Shown piece after piece: positions 18,047 through 27,786 of a stretch of 54,848 nucleotides of DNA. The position numbers and the translations under genes were made by a program. The notes beneath the pieces were generated by a model. That model did no database searches, was not told where the DNA came from, and saw only the letters and a list, made by a program, of their open reading frames with translations. The DNA lies in IMG/VR virus record IMGVR_UViG_3300037346_000580, positions 64,001 through 118,848 of that record; one strand, given 5' to 3'. This stretch comes from a virus (Duplodnaviria > Heunggongvirae > Uroviricota > Caudoviricetes). The stretch's first letter is position 1, and the number at the start of each line of letters is the position of its first letter.

Positions 18047-19314
18047 TAAATGAATCTAAGAGCTCTAGAAACTCTAATTAATTTTCTAGTTGCATCGTCT
18101 ATATCTTCATGTTTAGTAGTAATAGAAACAAGCTCATCAAGATCTGAATTTTTCATTATTCTCTCTCTTATCTCAGCTGATCCATGTTTCATAAGATATT
18201 TAATTAATAATGCATTAGCATTATCCATTATAGATCTGTTGTTATCATCCTCAGGATTAATAAATATAGTAGGTTCTAGCCTTGCAGCAGCTTCAGTAAA
18301 ATAATCGGATAGTAGTCCATTAAGATCAGTTGCAACTTCAATAGTTTCCTGACCCTCGTTTCTTAATATATAAGAATTAGAATTTATTAGCTTTTCATTT
18401 TCATATCTTCCCTTAGCTCTCTTGAATGTTCTAATGAATATAGAAACAAAAACAGAACCAAATATTTCCTCATCCTGTATGTTGCATTTAACAGAATTGT
18501 CACCAGTTCTATAATTAATACTATTAAGTGGGAGACGGTTGGAGTTATTAACTCTCCATATTTCCTGTCCATCATCAAATAATAAGCCCTTACCTTTACT
18601 TGATTTTTTAAGATCGTCATATTTAACTTTTAATATACCGGCAATTGTTTTACCGTATATCTCTCCAACTCTAAATGCTGCTCTTGAATAGAATTTATAC
18701 TTAGGTGAAATGATATCAACTTTTTTGATAATCGTTTCCCTGTTATCAATTCTTCTACCCACCATGCCCATATCTTCAAGATTCTGTATGATAGGTAATT
18801 TCTGAACTGCATTAGCATCAAGGTCTGTTAATTCCTCCCCTCCTATCGCACCTTTCATTCTAGCAAGTATTTCAGGAAATGCCATTTGTGATCCAATTGG
18901 CACAAGCTCATTAAAGTTAAGACTAGGTATGTCTTTTTTAGGTATAATAGCAGCGGGTATATTATTTCTTATGATTCTTAAAAGGAATCCTCTTAGACAT
19001 GCAGTTGGTGTATCAAATCTAGAAAGATTGTATCTTTCAACACCTTTTTTACTTGATGTGTACTCATAGCAATATTTATCATCTGCATCTTTCCATGTCT
19101 CAACAGTTGCCATTGGACCACCTCTTCTTTTAAATATAAGAATATTTGGTGTTCTTTCCTCTACGTAAACACCGATAGAAGCTAGGTCCTTACCCTCGTT
19201 GCTTTCTTCGAATGCTCTATAGATATCGCTGGTTTTATCATTCAGGTTGTCCCATCTCTTCCTAGCCTCAAGAATATATTCCTCGAATCTTATTACCTTT
19301 TGTGTTTTTTCCAT
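18046..19314 (-). CDS. hypothetical protein with CTS-like N-terminus
   Basis: 422 aa; MEKTQKVIRFEEYILEA. Confidence 0.8.
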   Translation of the reverse strand: MEKTQKVIRFEEYILEARKRWDNLNDKTSDIYRAFEESNEGKDLASIGVYVEERTPNILIFKRRGGPMATVETWKDADDKYCYEYTSSKKGVERYNLSRFDTPTACLRGFLLRIIRNNIPAAIIPKKDIPSLNFNELVPIGSQMAFPEILARMKGAIGGEELTDLDANAVQKLPIIQNLEDMGMVGRRIDNRETIIKKVDIISPKYKFYSRAAFRVGEIYGKTIAGILKVKYDDLKKSSKGKGLLFDDGQEIWRVNNSNRLPLNSINYRTGDNSVKCNIQDEEIFGSVFVSIFIRTFKRAKGRYENEKLINSNSYILRNEGQETIEVATDLNGLLSDYFTEAAARLEPTIFINPEDDNNRSIMDNANALLIKYLMKHGSAEIRERIMKNSDLDELVSITTKHEDIDDATRKLIRVSRALRFI

Positions 19315-19356
19315 TTTTATTTGTGTTTTATTGGTTCAGTAATTTTAGAATATCTA

Positions 19357-21015
19357 TTATTCATTCTTGATTAATTTTTTAAATTTAGTCAATGACTTAT
19401 CTTTATATTCCAATGCATTTTTCATGCCCTTAATATCGCTTTCTTTCATATGGGGATATTCTCCAGCTTCTATATCCTGCATAATTTCTTCCATAGCCTC
19501 ATACCCCAATAATGATTCGGAATATAGCTTTTTCATTTGCTCCTGTGTATAATCATTCTTAACAAGTTTGTCGAATATATTCCATGCGGCTTCACTAAAT
19601 ATTCCTCCCATGCTATCGGCTCTCTCCCCTCCAAGAAATGCTCTAAGGAAATCTTTCGATGTTAGTCCCTTCAATTCGGAGATTATTTGTGATACAAGAG
19701 CAGATATTTTTTCCCAATGATCCTCTGACATACTTCCGCTTAAAAATCCTCTATTGAATTTTAGAAGAGACGTTATTATATCAAGCGGTGTTAATTTAGT
19801 TGAATCCTTAAAGAATAGCTCAAGAGCAATTTTTATATCAGCCTCCACTGGGAATTCTCTCTCAAATGCTTCTATACCAGCCTGAGGTACACCAATTCTT
19901 CTAAGTAACTCGGAAGCTGGTTTACCTGTATAGTTTCCTCCTCCTGGTGCATTTATTCTTCCGTTTGGTCTATCTGCATCAGTATGAACGGTCCCGTTTT
20001 TATTTATGGTTATACCAACTAAGCTATTTCTTTCCGATGTCGGTATATTGTTATTAATAACGTTTACTTGTACTCTACCTGAACTATAGCTCCAGAAAGT
20101 TGAATCAGTTCTAATACACCATCCAGTTTCAGAGCAAACCAATCTCTGTGCATCCGGTGTTCTCGCAGACATAATTAAGAATCCATCTCTAGCATAAATA
20201 ATACCAGCTTGAGGTCCAAGAGCTTTTATCTTAGCAATAACAGCGTCCTCGTCTTCTCCCCATTTTTCGATGAATTGTTCTGCGTCAAATATTATACCAT
20301 CTAGAGCTTTTACTGGTTCATTATAATCCGGATATGTTCTTACGTCATCGTAAGATCCCATTCTACCTTTAACCTTACCAAATTCATTAACAACACCAAG
20401 ATCAGGATAGAAAAAAGCATCCCATGCTTCTCTACCTTCATCATTTTTAGGCATAAGTTTCAATTGGTTTGATATTTCTTCCAGCTTTTCTAGTTGCTTC
20501 GTCGATGCCTTTTTAGAAACATATTCTTTCATTCTAGGCGTTAATCTATCTGTGAAATTTTTAAGTTTTCTTTTTCTCTCTATATTTGAAAGATCATCTC
20601 TAAGCATTTCCCATCCTGGTCTATAGTCGTCGTCACTATCCTCCTTTTTATCGCTTTTCTTTCTTCTGTCGATTTTTGCATATTCAATAATGGTCATCGG
20701 AAGAGAATTTAGATTATTTTTATTATCTTTCAATAACTCAATAATCTCCTCAAGCTGATCAATTGTTGCACCCTGGTCAATACGGAACATAAGAAACGGA
20801 AATGTATTACCTGGCATCTTATTTTTATCCATAAGATCCTTGATCTCCAAAAATTTCGGGTTATTTGTTATATTTTTCTTTGTTTCATCATCTATATCTG
20901 ATGCCTTAATGTTGTTTTTTTCTGCATAGCCCTTGATTAGATAGGATTTTGCATCCTGTACATTTTCCATTAGAGGCTCGATATCGAAAAAGGTACGAAA
21001 ACTTTGATTCTTCAT
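19357..21015 (-). CDS. large hypothetical protein (WCI motif)
   Basis: likely start ATG 21015 (MKNQSFRTFFDIEPLMEN); contains SETGWCIRTDSTFWSY. Confidence 0.8.
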   Translation of the reverse strand: MKNQSFRTFFDIEPLMENVQDAKSYLIKGYAEKNNIKASDIDDETKKNITNNPKFLEIKDLMDKNKMPGNTFPFLMFRIDQGATIDQLEEIIELLKDNKNNLNSLPMTIIEYAKIDRRKKSDKKEDSDDDYRPGWEMLRDDLSNIERKRKLKNFTDRLTPRMKEYVSKKASTKQLEKLEEISNQLKLMPKNDEGREAWDAFFYPDLGVVNEFGKVKGRMGSYDDVRTYPDYNEPVKALDGIIFDAEQFIEKWGEDEDAVIAKIKALGPQAGIIYARDGFLIMSARTPDAQRLVCSETGWCIRTDSTFWSYSSGRVQVNVINNNIPTSERNSLVGITINKNGTVHTDADRPNGRINAPGGGNYTGKPASELLRRIGVPQAGIEAFEREFPVEADIKIALELFFKDSTKLTPLDIITSLLKFNRGFLSGSMSEDHWEKISALVSQIISELKGLTSKDFLRAFLGGERADSMGGIFSEAAWNIFDKLVKNDYTQEQMKKLYSESLLGYEAMEEIMQDIEAGEYPHMKESDIKGMKNALEYKDKSLTKFKKLIKNE

Positions 21016-21037
21016 AATAATTATAATATTAGATTTG

Positions 21038-21049
21038 GATATATATATC
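21038..21049. promoter_or_regulatory. palindromic GATATATATATC, candidate bidirectional late promoter
   Basis: perfect 12-nt palindrome between divergent starts 21015(-) and 21073(+). Confidence 0.6.
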
Positions 21050-21072
21050 AACATATAAAAATAATAATAGTT

Positions 21073-21462
21073 ATGATTTATACAAAAATTGATGAGTTTT
21101 TATCAGGCAGCCCAAAGGAGGCGCCAGCTAAACCTACACCAACAATTAAGCCTGGAACTGCTCCAGGAAAATCGCCTCAAAGACCTAGTCCTATAAGAAG
21201 AGATAAGCCAGCTGCTGATCCACAACCGAAAGCTGGGGGACAAGAAGCTCCTTCAAGACCGGCACCAACAATTAAACCGGGTACTGCACCAGGAAAAACC
21301 CCGCAAAGACCCAGTCCTATAAGAAGAGATAAACCAGCTGCTGATCCACAACCGAAAGCAATTGCTAAAGACGTTGTTTCTAGATTCATGGTGGAATTAA
21401 GAAAAAATAGAATTCCATTGGAATTTAATTTACCAAAATTAAAAGTTAAATATAATGATTAA
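21073..21462 (+). CDS. proline-rich tandem-repeat protein
   Basis: likely start ATG 21073 (MIYTKIDEFL); two 38-aa PTIKPGTAPGK.PQRPSPIRRDKPAADPQPKA units. Confidence 0.75.
   Translation: MIYTKIDEFLSGSPKEAPAKPTPTIKPGTAPGKSPQRPSPIRRDKPAADPQPKAGGQEAPSRPAPTIKPGTAPGKTPQRPSPIRRDKPAADPQPKAIAKDVVSRFMVELRKNRIPLEFNLPKLKVKYND
21121..21360 (+). repeat. 126-nt-period coding repeat
   Basis: units start at 21121 and 21247; differences are mostly synonymous. Confidence 0.9.
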
Positions 21463-22927
21463 GAAGTTTGATGAATATGCAATGGACGAAGCATCATTGC
21501 AAGGAAATCCGGGAATTCCTGGTCAAGGTGGAACCGCTGGAGTACCTGGAAATTATTTACAGGATATTGAAACAAGAGCACAAAATATAAATGCTGAGTT
21601 TCAGAGAAGATTCGGTAGGGAAATACCTATGTTCATGCAATATGTTAGTAGAGCAAGACAAATACAAAGAGGACACGAAGATGCATTAGAAAGACTAGCT
21701 GTTGATGTTATATTAGAACATTATGGCGATATACTGGATGGTGTTAAACTTAATGTAAAATTACAAAGAGACGAAGAGATCAAGAATATGATGAAGGACG
21801 TTCCACCAGAACCACCAACAGAACAAATGCTTAAGGCTCTCGAAGACGAGGAGATAATATCAGAGGTACATAGGAGAAAAATTGCTAATAATATAGCACA
21901 GGGTATGGCAAAAAATACCAAATTAATTCTAAACCTTGAGGATTGTGTGGAAGGATTGGTTACAATTCTTGGAAGAGAACAAGGAGAAGAATATCTAATG
22001 CTTCTTAATAAGATCACAGAAATTGCATCGTTCTTCGATTGGGCAATTCCTATGGATGTACAAAAGGAAATGTGGACAAGAGACAAATCAGGATTTGCTG
22101 GATCTGTTAAGGTTGAATGGGACACACCTGAAGATTCGGATGAATCTGAAAAATTAGCACAGAAAATCATTGATGGTCTAAGGGATAATGACGAGATCGA
22201 TTCGGAGGACGCTGAAGATCTAATGGATTCGATAGGACCAACAATAAATGCATTGGGTACTGAATTTGTTATGTTACTTCATGAAACTGTAAAAGGTGTA
22301 TATGAATTAATAACAGCAGCTGCACTACCATCGGATGATGCAGAGAAAGCAGAAACAATCATTGCAAATACTGATTCATTAGCTGATGAATTAGAGGATC
22401 TTAGATTTGGTCCTGAAATGGCAGCAGATTTAAGGGATTTTATTAATACGTTTAAAGAGTCAGATAAGATAAAAAATCTACATGAATACGTTTTTGGTCA
22501 AATGATGAGAATGCCAGCAAGAGACTTTCTTGAATTATTCAGTAATATATTGGCAGGAACAAAAGAGGGCAGAGAAGGCGTTCAAGAAATCATTGATACA
22601 ATAGCTGAAACATTGAATGATTATGAAATGGAAATGGCGGGAATTAAAGATACTGATGATTATAATAAGTACGATGATGAGGATGATCAATATGCTAATC
22701 CAGACGATGAGGTTGAAGCACCAGCTGAAATATTAACTGACGATGACTATGAGAGTATGTCGCAAAAAGAACTTCATGCATTAATTGATAAATATTTAGA
22801 TGCAGGTGATTATACAAACCCCGAACTTGCTAAGATATCAAGATACATTAATGAATCTAAGCAAGATCATGTTGCTAATAGGATTAACGAGTGTATGAAT
22901 AATAATATGGCAAACGGATATAGATAA
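21455..22927 (+). CDS. large acidic hypothetical protein with CTS-like N-terminus
   Basis: 490 aa; MIKKFDEYAMDEAS. Confidence 0.8.
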   Translation: MIKKFDEYAMDEASLQGNPGIPGQGGTAGVPGNYLQDIETRAQNINAEFQRRFGREIPMFMQYVSRARQIQRGHEDALERLAVDVILEHYGDILDGVKLNVKLQRDEEIKNMMKDVPPEPPTEQMLKALEDEEIISEVHRRKIANNIAQGMAKNTKLILNLEDCVEGLVTILGREQGEEYLMLLNKITEIASFFDWAIPMDVQKEMWTRDKSGFAGSVKVEWDTPEDSDESEKLAQKIIDGLRDNDEIDSEDAEDLMDSIGPTINALGTEFVMLLHETVKGVYELITAAALPSDDAEKAETIIANTDSLADELEDLRFGPEMAADLRDFINTFKESDKIKNLHEYVFGQMMRMPARDFLELFSNILAGTKEGREGVQEIIDTIAETLNDYEMEMAGIKDTDDYNKYDDEDDQYANPDDEVEAPAEILTDDDYESMSQKELHALIDKYLDAGDYTNPELAKISRYINESKQDHVANRINECMNNNMANGYR

Positions 22928-22950
22928 TCATAATATATAATAACAAAAAT

Positions 22951-22976
22951 AAAAAGGACTCATATGAGTCCTTTTT
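22951..22976. terminator. bidirectional intrinsic terminator
   Basis: aaaaaggactc-atat-gagtccttttt between convergent genes. Confidence 0.85.
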
Positions 22977-23166
22977 TATTGTTTATTCTTTTTAAAAGAT
23001 CTTTCAACCTTATTCTAGATCTCTCCAACTCAAGTTTTTCTTCATCGGAAATTGATTCAGTAGATTCCAATTCTATTATTCTATCATCCAGATCATTTAT
23101 AACATTCCAGACATTCATCTCGAATATTGCCATATCCAAGTCATCATCCGATAGATCTTTAATCAT
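22960..23166 (-). CDS. hypothetical protein
   Basis: 68-aa coupled ORF. Confidence 0.55.
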   Translation of the reverse strand: MIKDLSDDDLDMAIFEMNVWNVINDLDDRIIELESTESISDEEKLELERSRIRLKDLLKRINNKKGLI

Positions 23167-23873
23167 TACTTTGTTTCCTGATCTTTTCTTTGTTCCTCAC
23201 TGAAATCAAGACTTCTTTTAAGACCCTGTAAATCATTTAGTGTTATTTCCTTATCCATATTCATAGCAGCATAGTTTAACTTTGATGACCTATAGTTAGA
23301 GATATTGCTGGAAAATGATGCAAAAGCACTAGCTGTTCCATCATCGGTTGCAGCATATGTGAATGACTTATTACCAGATATACCCATTCCTCCGCCCGCA
23401 GCTATTGCATCCTGGTTGGCTCCTAAGAATAGGAAATACCATCCCTTCTCATCCTCTAGAGTTTTAATCATTGTCATGATAGCATCTCTTTTGTATTCTC
23501 TGCTGGCGTTCTCGGCACCATCAGTAATAATAACAAAAACAACATCCCTGTCAGTTTCAAGCTCATTTATAGTTTTACCGATTGAGTCCAATAAGGCAGT
23601 CACCCCTCTAGGCTTAAAAGTTTCACCATTAATTAATGGTTGTACCTCACTAACAGGAACACTCTTATAATCAACCTCATACCTATCATCAAACTGAACA
23701 AGCGTCATGAATGCCTCACCCTCAGCATTTTGTTGCTCATTAAGAAAAGTATTAAATCCATCTACTGTTGATCCAGCAATCGATTGCATGGATCCTGATC
23801 TATCAAGGACAACAACAATTTCCGTTTGCTTTGCTTTCTCTGCTTGATCCTCCTTAATTTTTTTATTTGTCAT
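23166..23873 (-). CDS. von Willebrand factor A domain protein
   Basis: VVVLDRSGSM (MIDAS), T.LLD.IG, IITDGAENASREY. Confidence 0.85.
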   Translation of the reverse strand: MTNKKIKEDQAEKAKQTEIVVVLDRSGSMQSIAGSTVDGFNTFLNEQQNAEGEAFMTLVQFDDRYEVDYKSVPVSEVQPLINGETFKPRGVTALLDSIGKTINELETDRDVVFVIITDGAENASREYKRDAIMTMIKTLEDEKGWYFLFLGANQDAIAAGGGMGISGNKSFTYAATDDGTASAFASFSSNISNYRSSKLNYAAMNMDKEITLNDLQGLKRSLDFSEEQRKDQETK

Positions 23874-23891
23874 TTTTATATAATTTTATAA

Positions 23892-24161
23892 TTAATTTTC
23901 TTCCATTATTTTAATAAAATCACCCTCCTTCAAGGATGGATCCTGTATATCATCGATGTGTATCATTTTGTCCCTATAAAATACTACAGCCTTATCACTT
24001 TTCGGATTTATTGGATTTGTTGCATCACCTTTAATTGATACAACAACTCCTTCGTTCTCATCAAGAAGAATCGATAGAGCTCTAGAAAATATAAGAGATG
24101 AATTCAGCCAATCCTTTGGTGAATCCTTATAACCTTCATCATTTGGTCTTGTGTAATTCAT
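23892..24161 (-). CDS. hypothetical protein
   Basis: 89-aa ORF. Confidence 0.7.
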   Translation of the reverse strand: MNYTRPNDEGYKDSPKDWLNSSLIFSRALSILLDENEGVVVSIKGDATNPINPKSDKAVVFYRDKMIHIDDIQDPSLKEGDFIKIMEEN

Positions 24162-24162
24162 A

Positions 24163-24846
24163 TTAATATTTTTTTCTTAGCAATTCGATAACATCCCAAG
24201 CATCCTCTAGTGCATTGTGTGTAACCACTCCTTCAATCCCGCCTCTCTCTTTACATTCTCCAAGAGAAGGTAAACTCAAATCATTCTTCCAATCCACATA
24301 TAGGATAGCAGGATCTAATATTCTCTGTTTGATTCTTATAACCTGTTTCCATCTAGGAAGCTTCTCAAGAAAGAGTTTATCGAATGTTGCAAAATTCTTA
24401 CCAGCCACCGTTATATGTGTTGGTTTTATACTTGAAGACAGAACAGGAACTGATTTACCTTCGGAGTTTAATTTCATAACTCTCTCCAGCATGTTCATAT
24501 TGGGATCAACGTGAACCATCCCGTTAAGATAAAGAAAATGATAGAATGCTTCAACTATGTCATCTCTATGATAGAATTTCATACCAGATGATTTCTCAAC
24601 ATCGGATCTTTCATCATCATTGTTACATGTCTGGTAAGAAACTATAGTTTGTATTAGATCCCGATTCAAATTTATAGCAAAAGGTGATCCTTGTATTTCG
24701 TCATGTTTAATTACACCATGAAACTTTGGACATTTATCAAAAGGTAATGGATTTTCGCTATCCTCTATTATTGCACCTATTGACAAAATTTGATTTGATT
24801 CTGGATCTAATCCGGTGGTTTCCACGTCTATGCTAATAAATTTCAT
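24163..24846 (-). CDS. DEDDh 3'-5' exonuclease (DnaQ-like)
   Basis: SIDVETTG, AGKNFATFD, HNALEDA. Confidence 0.85.
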   Translation of the reverse strand: MKFISIDVETTGLDPESNQILSIGAIIEDSENPLPFDKCPKFHGVIKHDEIQGSPFAINLNRDLIQTIVSYQTCNNDDERSDVEKSSGMKFYHRDDIVEAFYHFLYLNGMVHVDPNMNMLERVMKLNSEGKSVPVLSSSIKPTHITVAGKNFATFDKLFLEKLPRWKQVIRIKQRILDPAILYVDWKNDLSLPSLGECKERGGIEGVVTHNALEDAWDVIELLRKKY

Positions 24847-24963
24847 ATCAATATCTTTTAATTGTTTATATTTTTACATAATATTATAAAAAAGTTCCAA
24901 TTAGAAATAAAGTGACGATAATTTTACAGATATAAAAAAATATATACATATAAAAACAAAGTC

Positions 24964-25776
24964 ATGATTTTAAAAATTGGATCCAAAGGAGAGGATATTA
25001 AAAAACTCCAAGCAAAATTAGGTCTAGCTGCTGATGGTGATTTCGGTTCGGGTACAGAAAAAGCTGTAAAAGCATGGCAAGCTGCTAACGGATTAACAGC
25101 TGATGGTATAGTTGGCGATGAAACATGGAAAAAAATGTTTAGTGCAGATAACACATCTGTTTCAATTCATTCTAGCACATTCAAACTTGAGGCTTTAAGA
25201 GGTCACATTCCTGATTCTGTAATTGCACAAATTCCAACAACCGCAGAAAAATTCGGAATTACAAATACACTAAGACTTGCACATTTTTTAGCTCAGTGCG
25301 GACACGAATCTGGAGGATTTAAAGCAGTTAGTGAAAATCTTAATTATTCAGCTGACGGTCTTAAGAAAATCTTTGGTAAATATTTTCCAGGTGCTCTTAA
25401 TGAATCTTACGCAAGAAATCCTGAGAAAATTGCATCAAAAGTTTATGCATCAAGAATGGGTAACGGTAACGAAGCTTCAAAAGAAGGCTTCAAATTCAGA
25501 GGTAGAGGATATATTCAGCTAACAGGTAAATCTAATTACACAGAATTTGATAAAATGGTACCTGAGGACATTATTGCTAATCCAGATTTAGTTGCAACTA
25601 AATATCCTTTAGCCTCCGCAGCTTTCTTCTTTAACTCCAATAATCTTTGGGCTATTTGCGATCGGGGAGCAGACGATGCAACCGTTACTGCAGTAACAAA
25701 AAGAGTAAACGGGGGTACTATTGGACTGTCCGATAGATTGAAGCATTTTAAGAAGTACTATGCTCTTTTAAAATAA
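24964..25776 (+). CDS. endolysin: peptidoglycan-binding domain plus GH19 catalytic domain
   Basis: LQAKLGLAADGDFG..T..AVKAWQ..GL.ADGIVG; RLAHFLAQCGHESG, FRGRGYIQLTGKSNY, TKRVNGG. Confidence 0.9.
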   Translation: MILKIGSKGEDIKKLQAKLGLAADGDFGSGTEKAVKAWQAANGLTADGIVGDETWKKMFSADNTSVSIHSSTFKLEALRGHIPDSVIAQIPTTAEKFGITNTLRLAHFLAQCGHESGGFKAVSENLNYSADGLKKIFGKYFPGALNESYARNPEKIASKVYASRMGNGNEASKEGFKFRGRGYIQLTGKSNYTEFDKMVPEDIIANPDLVATKYPLASAAFFFNSNNLWAICDRGADDATVTAVTKRVNGGTIGLSDRLKHFKKYYALLK

Positions 25777-25889
25777 ACCAAAAACAAGCATAACGTGGTT
25801 AAACTTGAGATTTTTAACTCAAGTTCTTCCTCTAATATTACTAAAAATCCCACAGGAAATGGGAGCATCTAACAAATTAATTTAAAAAA

Positions 25890-26030
25890 ATGGCAAAGAC
25901 AAAATCATCATCGGAGAACAAATCAGTTTCGAAATCTTCTAAATCTTGTGATCGTCACTCAAAAAGTAACGAATCAAAAAATAAGAATTCTAAGAATTAC
26001 AAGAAAGCTTACAGAGGACAGGGAAGATAA
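25890..26030 (+). CDS. small Ser/Lys-rich basic protein ending YRGQGR (46 aa, not in track)
   Basis: MAKTKSSSENKSVSKSSKSCDRHSKSNESKNKNSKNYKKAYRGQGR; followed by terminator. Confidence 0.75.
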   Translation: MAKTKSSSENKSVSKSSKSCDRHSKSNESKNKNSKNYKKAYRGQGR

Positions 26031-26063
26031 AAAAAAGCCGAGCGTATATGCTCGGTTTTTTTT
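26031..26063. terminator. bidirectional intrinsic terminator
   Basis: aaaaaagccgagc-gtatat-gctcggtttttttt. Confidence 0.85.
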
Positions 26064-26070
26064 ATCATAA

Positions 26071-26355
26071 TTACTTTGTATGATTATCAATCTTAGCAAC
26101 CAAAACTGCTTTAGATTGAAGACCAGTAACTCTCTCGAGAACCTCACCGTCCTTCTCGAATACAATTGTAGGTATGCTTCTAATTGAATATTTTTCAGCT
26201 AATTCCTTATGGTCATCAACATTTATTTTTTCAACAAGGACACCAGATTTTTCACCATCCCCATATTCATCCATAAGATCTTTAATGATAGGAGCTAATG
26301 TTCTGCAGGGACCGCACCATTCGGCATAGAAATCCATTACTTTTAATTTTGACAT
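26071..26355 (-). CDS. trxA: thioredoxin
   Basis: DFYAEWCGPC, IRSIPT. Confidence 0.9.
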   Translation of the reverse strand: MSKLKVMDFYAEWCGPCRTLAPIIKDLMDEYGDGEKSGVLVEKINVDDHKELAEKYSIRSIPTIVFEKDGEVLERVTGLQSKAVLVAKIDNHTK

Positions 26356-26359
26356 ATTT

Positions 26360-26872
26360 TTAATTTTTTAATTTTTTGTCTATCTCTTTTCCGATTAGAG
26401 TATAAACATATAAATCCAAATGAGGATTTTTAACAGACCCAATCGGGGGATCTATAATATAAGCCCCATAAGATCTAAAGATCTCATAGAAAGCTTTAAC
26501 ACTACTTTCTTTTATCCCTCTATTGTTACCCCATCCCCATGATCCCTGAACAACTATAAAATTAGCACATGGGTATGCTCTTCTTAGACTCGAAAAAAGA
26601 TTACCTATATCGGAATGTATATTGAAAGCATCATTGGTTCCAATATTTATTATAACATTCGCTACGTCAGAATCAGATTTTCTTACATCCAGCGAACATA
26701 TCAACCAATTTATACCAATCCCTGACTTCCATATAGAAAGCTTTGCATTTTCTGTATGTTTAGATATCAGTGGTGTACAGGAATCCCCAATTATCACATT
26801 CTTTTTTATACTGTCACAATCCTGTCCATAGATCAGGAATGGCAAGAGAAAAAAGAATATGTATTTTTTCAT
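26360..26872 (-). CDS. SGNH/GDSL-like hydrolase with signal peptide
   Basis: hydrophobic N-terminus, IIGDS, NIGTND, C-terminal NPH. Confidence 0.6.
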   Translation of the reverse strand: MKKYIFFFLLPFLIYGQDCDSIKKNVIIGDSCTPLISKHTENAKLSIWKSGIGINWLICSLDVRKSDSDVANVIINIGTNDAFNIHSDIGNLFSSLRRAYPCANFIVVQGSWGWGNNRGIKESSVKAFYEIFRSYGAYIIDPPIGSVKNPHLDLYVYTLIGKEIDKKLKN

Positions 26873-26875
26873 TCT

Positions 26876-27442
26876 CTATATATTATCTGTTAAAAATGAC
26901 ATTATTTTTTCCTTTATGCCGGACTGCTTAATACCTTCCCTCATTAATGGGGTTAATACAAAATTTTGAACCCCCCAGTCCTTTCGCATTGACATATCAA
27001 GATCATCAACAGCCACCCAGTGTGTTATTTCAGGGAAGTCTCTGACATATTGGTTTATCTCGAACGATCTTTCCTGTTCGTACATCAAGCTTCTATTCCA
27101 CACAAAATTTTCAGGTCTTTCACAGCCGATAAAACTTCTAGTAACAGCTATTGGTCTTTTAACTATTCCCTGGGATTCGTAATAGTCACCAAGCTCATTC
27201 AGTGTTGCATGTTTTTTCCAATCTGAACTAACCACGATCTCAGCTCCGGTTTCGTCCAATATAGAATTTAGAACTCTAATAGCCTTGGTGTCAAAATTAT
27301 CAAATCTATGAAAAACGTCAACAGTACTCCATGAATTTGCATCGGGATGTAATTTTCTATACTCCTCGTATTTTCTTGTTCTCCCTCCCCAGTTATTAGA
27401 AAGACAAATTACGCCATCGTTATCTAAAAAAATTATCTTCAT
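26876..27442 (-). CDS. HAD-family phosphatase (HAD_SAK / RNA-repair type)
   Basis: IIFLDNDGV, IVVSSDW, WVAVDDL. Confidence 0.8.
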   Translation of the reverse strand: MKIIFLDNDGVICLSNNWGGRTRKYEEYRKLHPDANSWSTVDVFHRFDNFDTKAIRVLNSILDETGAEIVVSSDWKKHATLNELGDYYESQGIVKRPIAVTRSFIGCERPENFVWNRSLMYEQERSFEINQYVRDFPEITHWVAVDDLDMSMRKDWGVQNFVLTPLMREGIKQSGIKEKIMSFLTDNI

Positions 27443-27443
27443 T

Positions 27444-27782
27444 TTATTTACCTCTAGTTATCCGGCCAACAAGATCCTTGTTATCCTTTCTAAGTTTATT
27501 TAATTCTTTTTCAATTTTATTCCTACTTTCCATCTCAGATTTCATAGAGACATATTGATCATATTCTTTTCTCTGTTCTTCAGTTAATGGAATTTGTTTT
27601 TCTTTCTTTAGTAATTCCTTCTCAAGCATAGTGACTTTATCCTCAAGCTCATGAATATATGCATTATTCTGTCCCCTCTCTATAAGCATAGCTTTCAGCT
27701 TATTCAGAGCCCACATAACAGCTTCATTCTCGGAATATGTTCTTCTTAATTTAATAAGTACAGTACTATCATATTTTTTCAT
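27444..27782 (-). CDS. coiled-coil hypothetical protein
   Basis: 112 aa, heptad-rich. Confidence 0.7.
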   Translation of the reverse strand: MKKYDSTVLIKLRRTYSENEAVMWALNKLKAMLIERGQNNAYIHELEDKVTMLEKELLKKEKQIPLTEEQRKEYDQYVSMKSEMESRNKIEKELNKLRKDNKDLVGRITRGK

Positions 27783-27786
27783 AAGA

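Noticed and set aside
21177-21389. Antisense ORF with repeated AFGCGSAAGLSLLIGLGL
   Set aside because: Shadow of the Pro-rich repeat gene on the plus strand.
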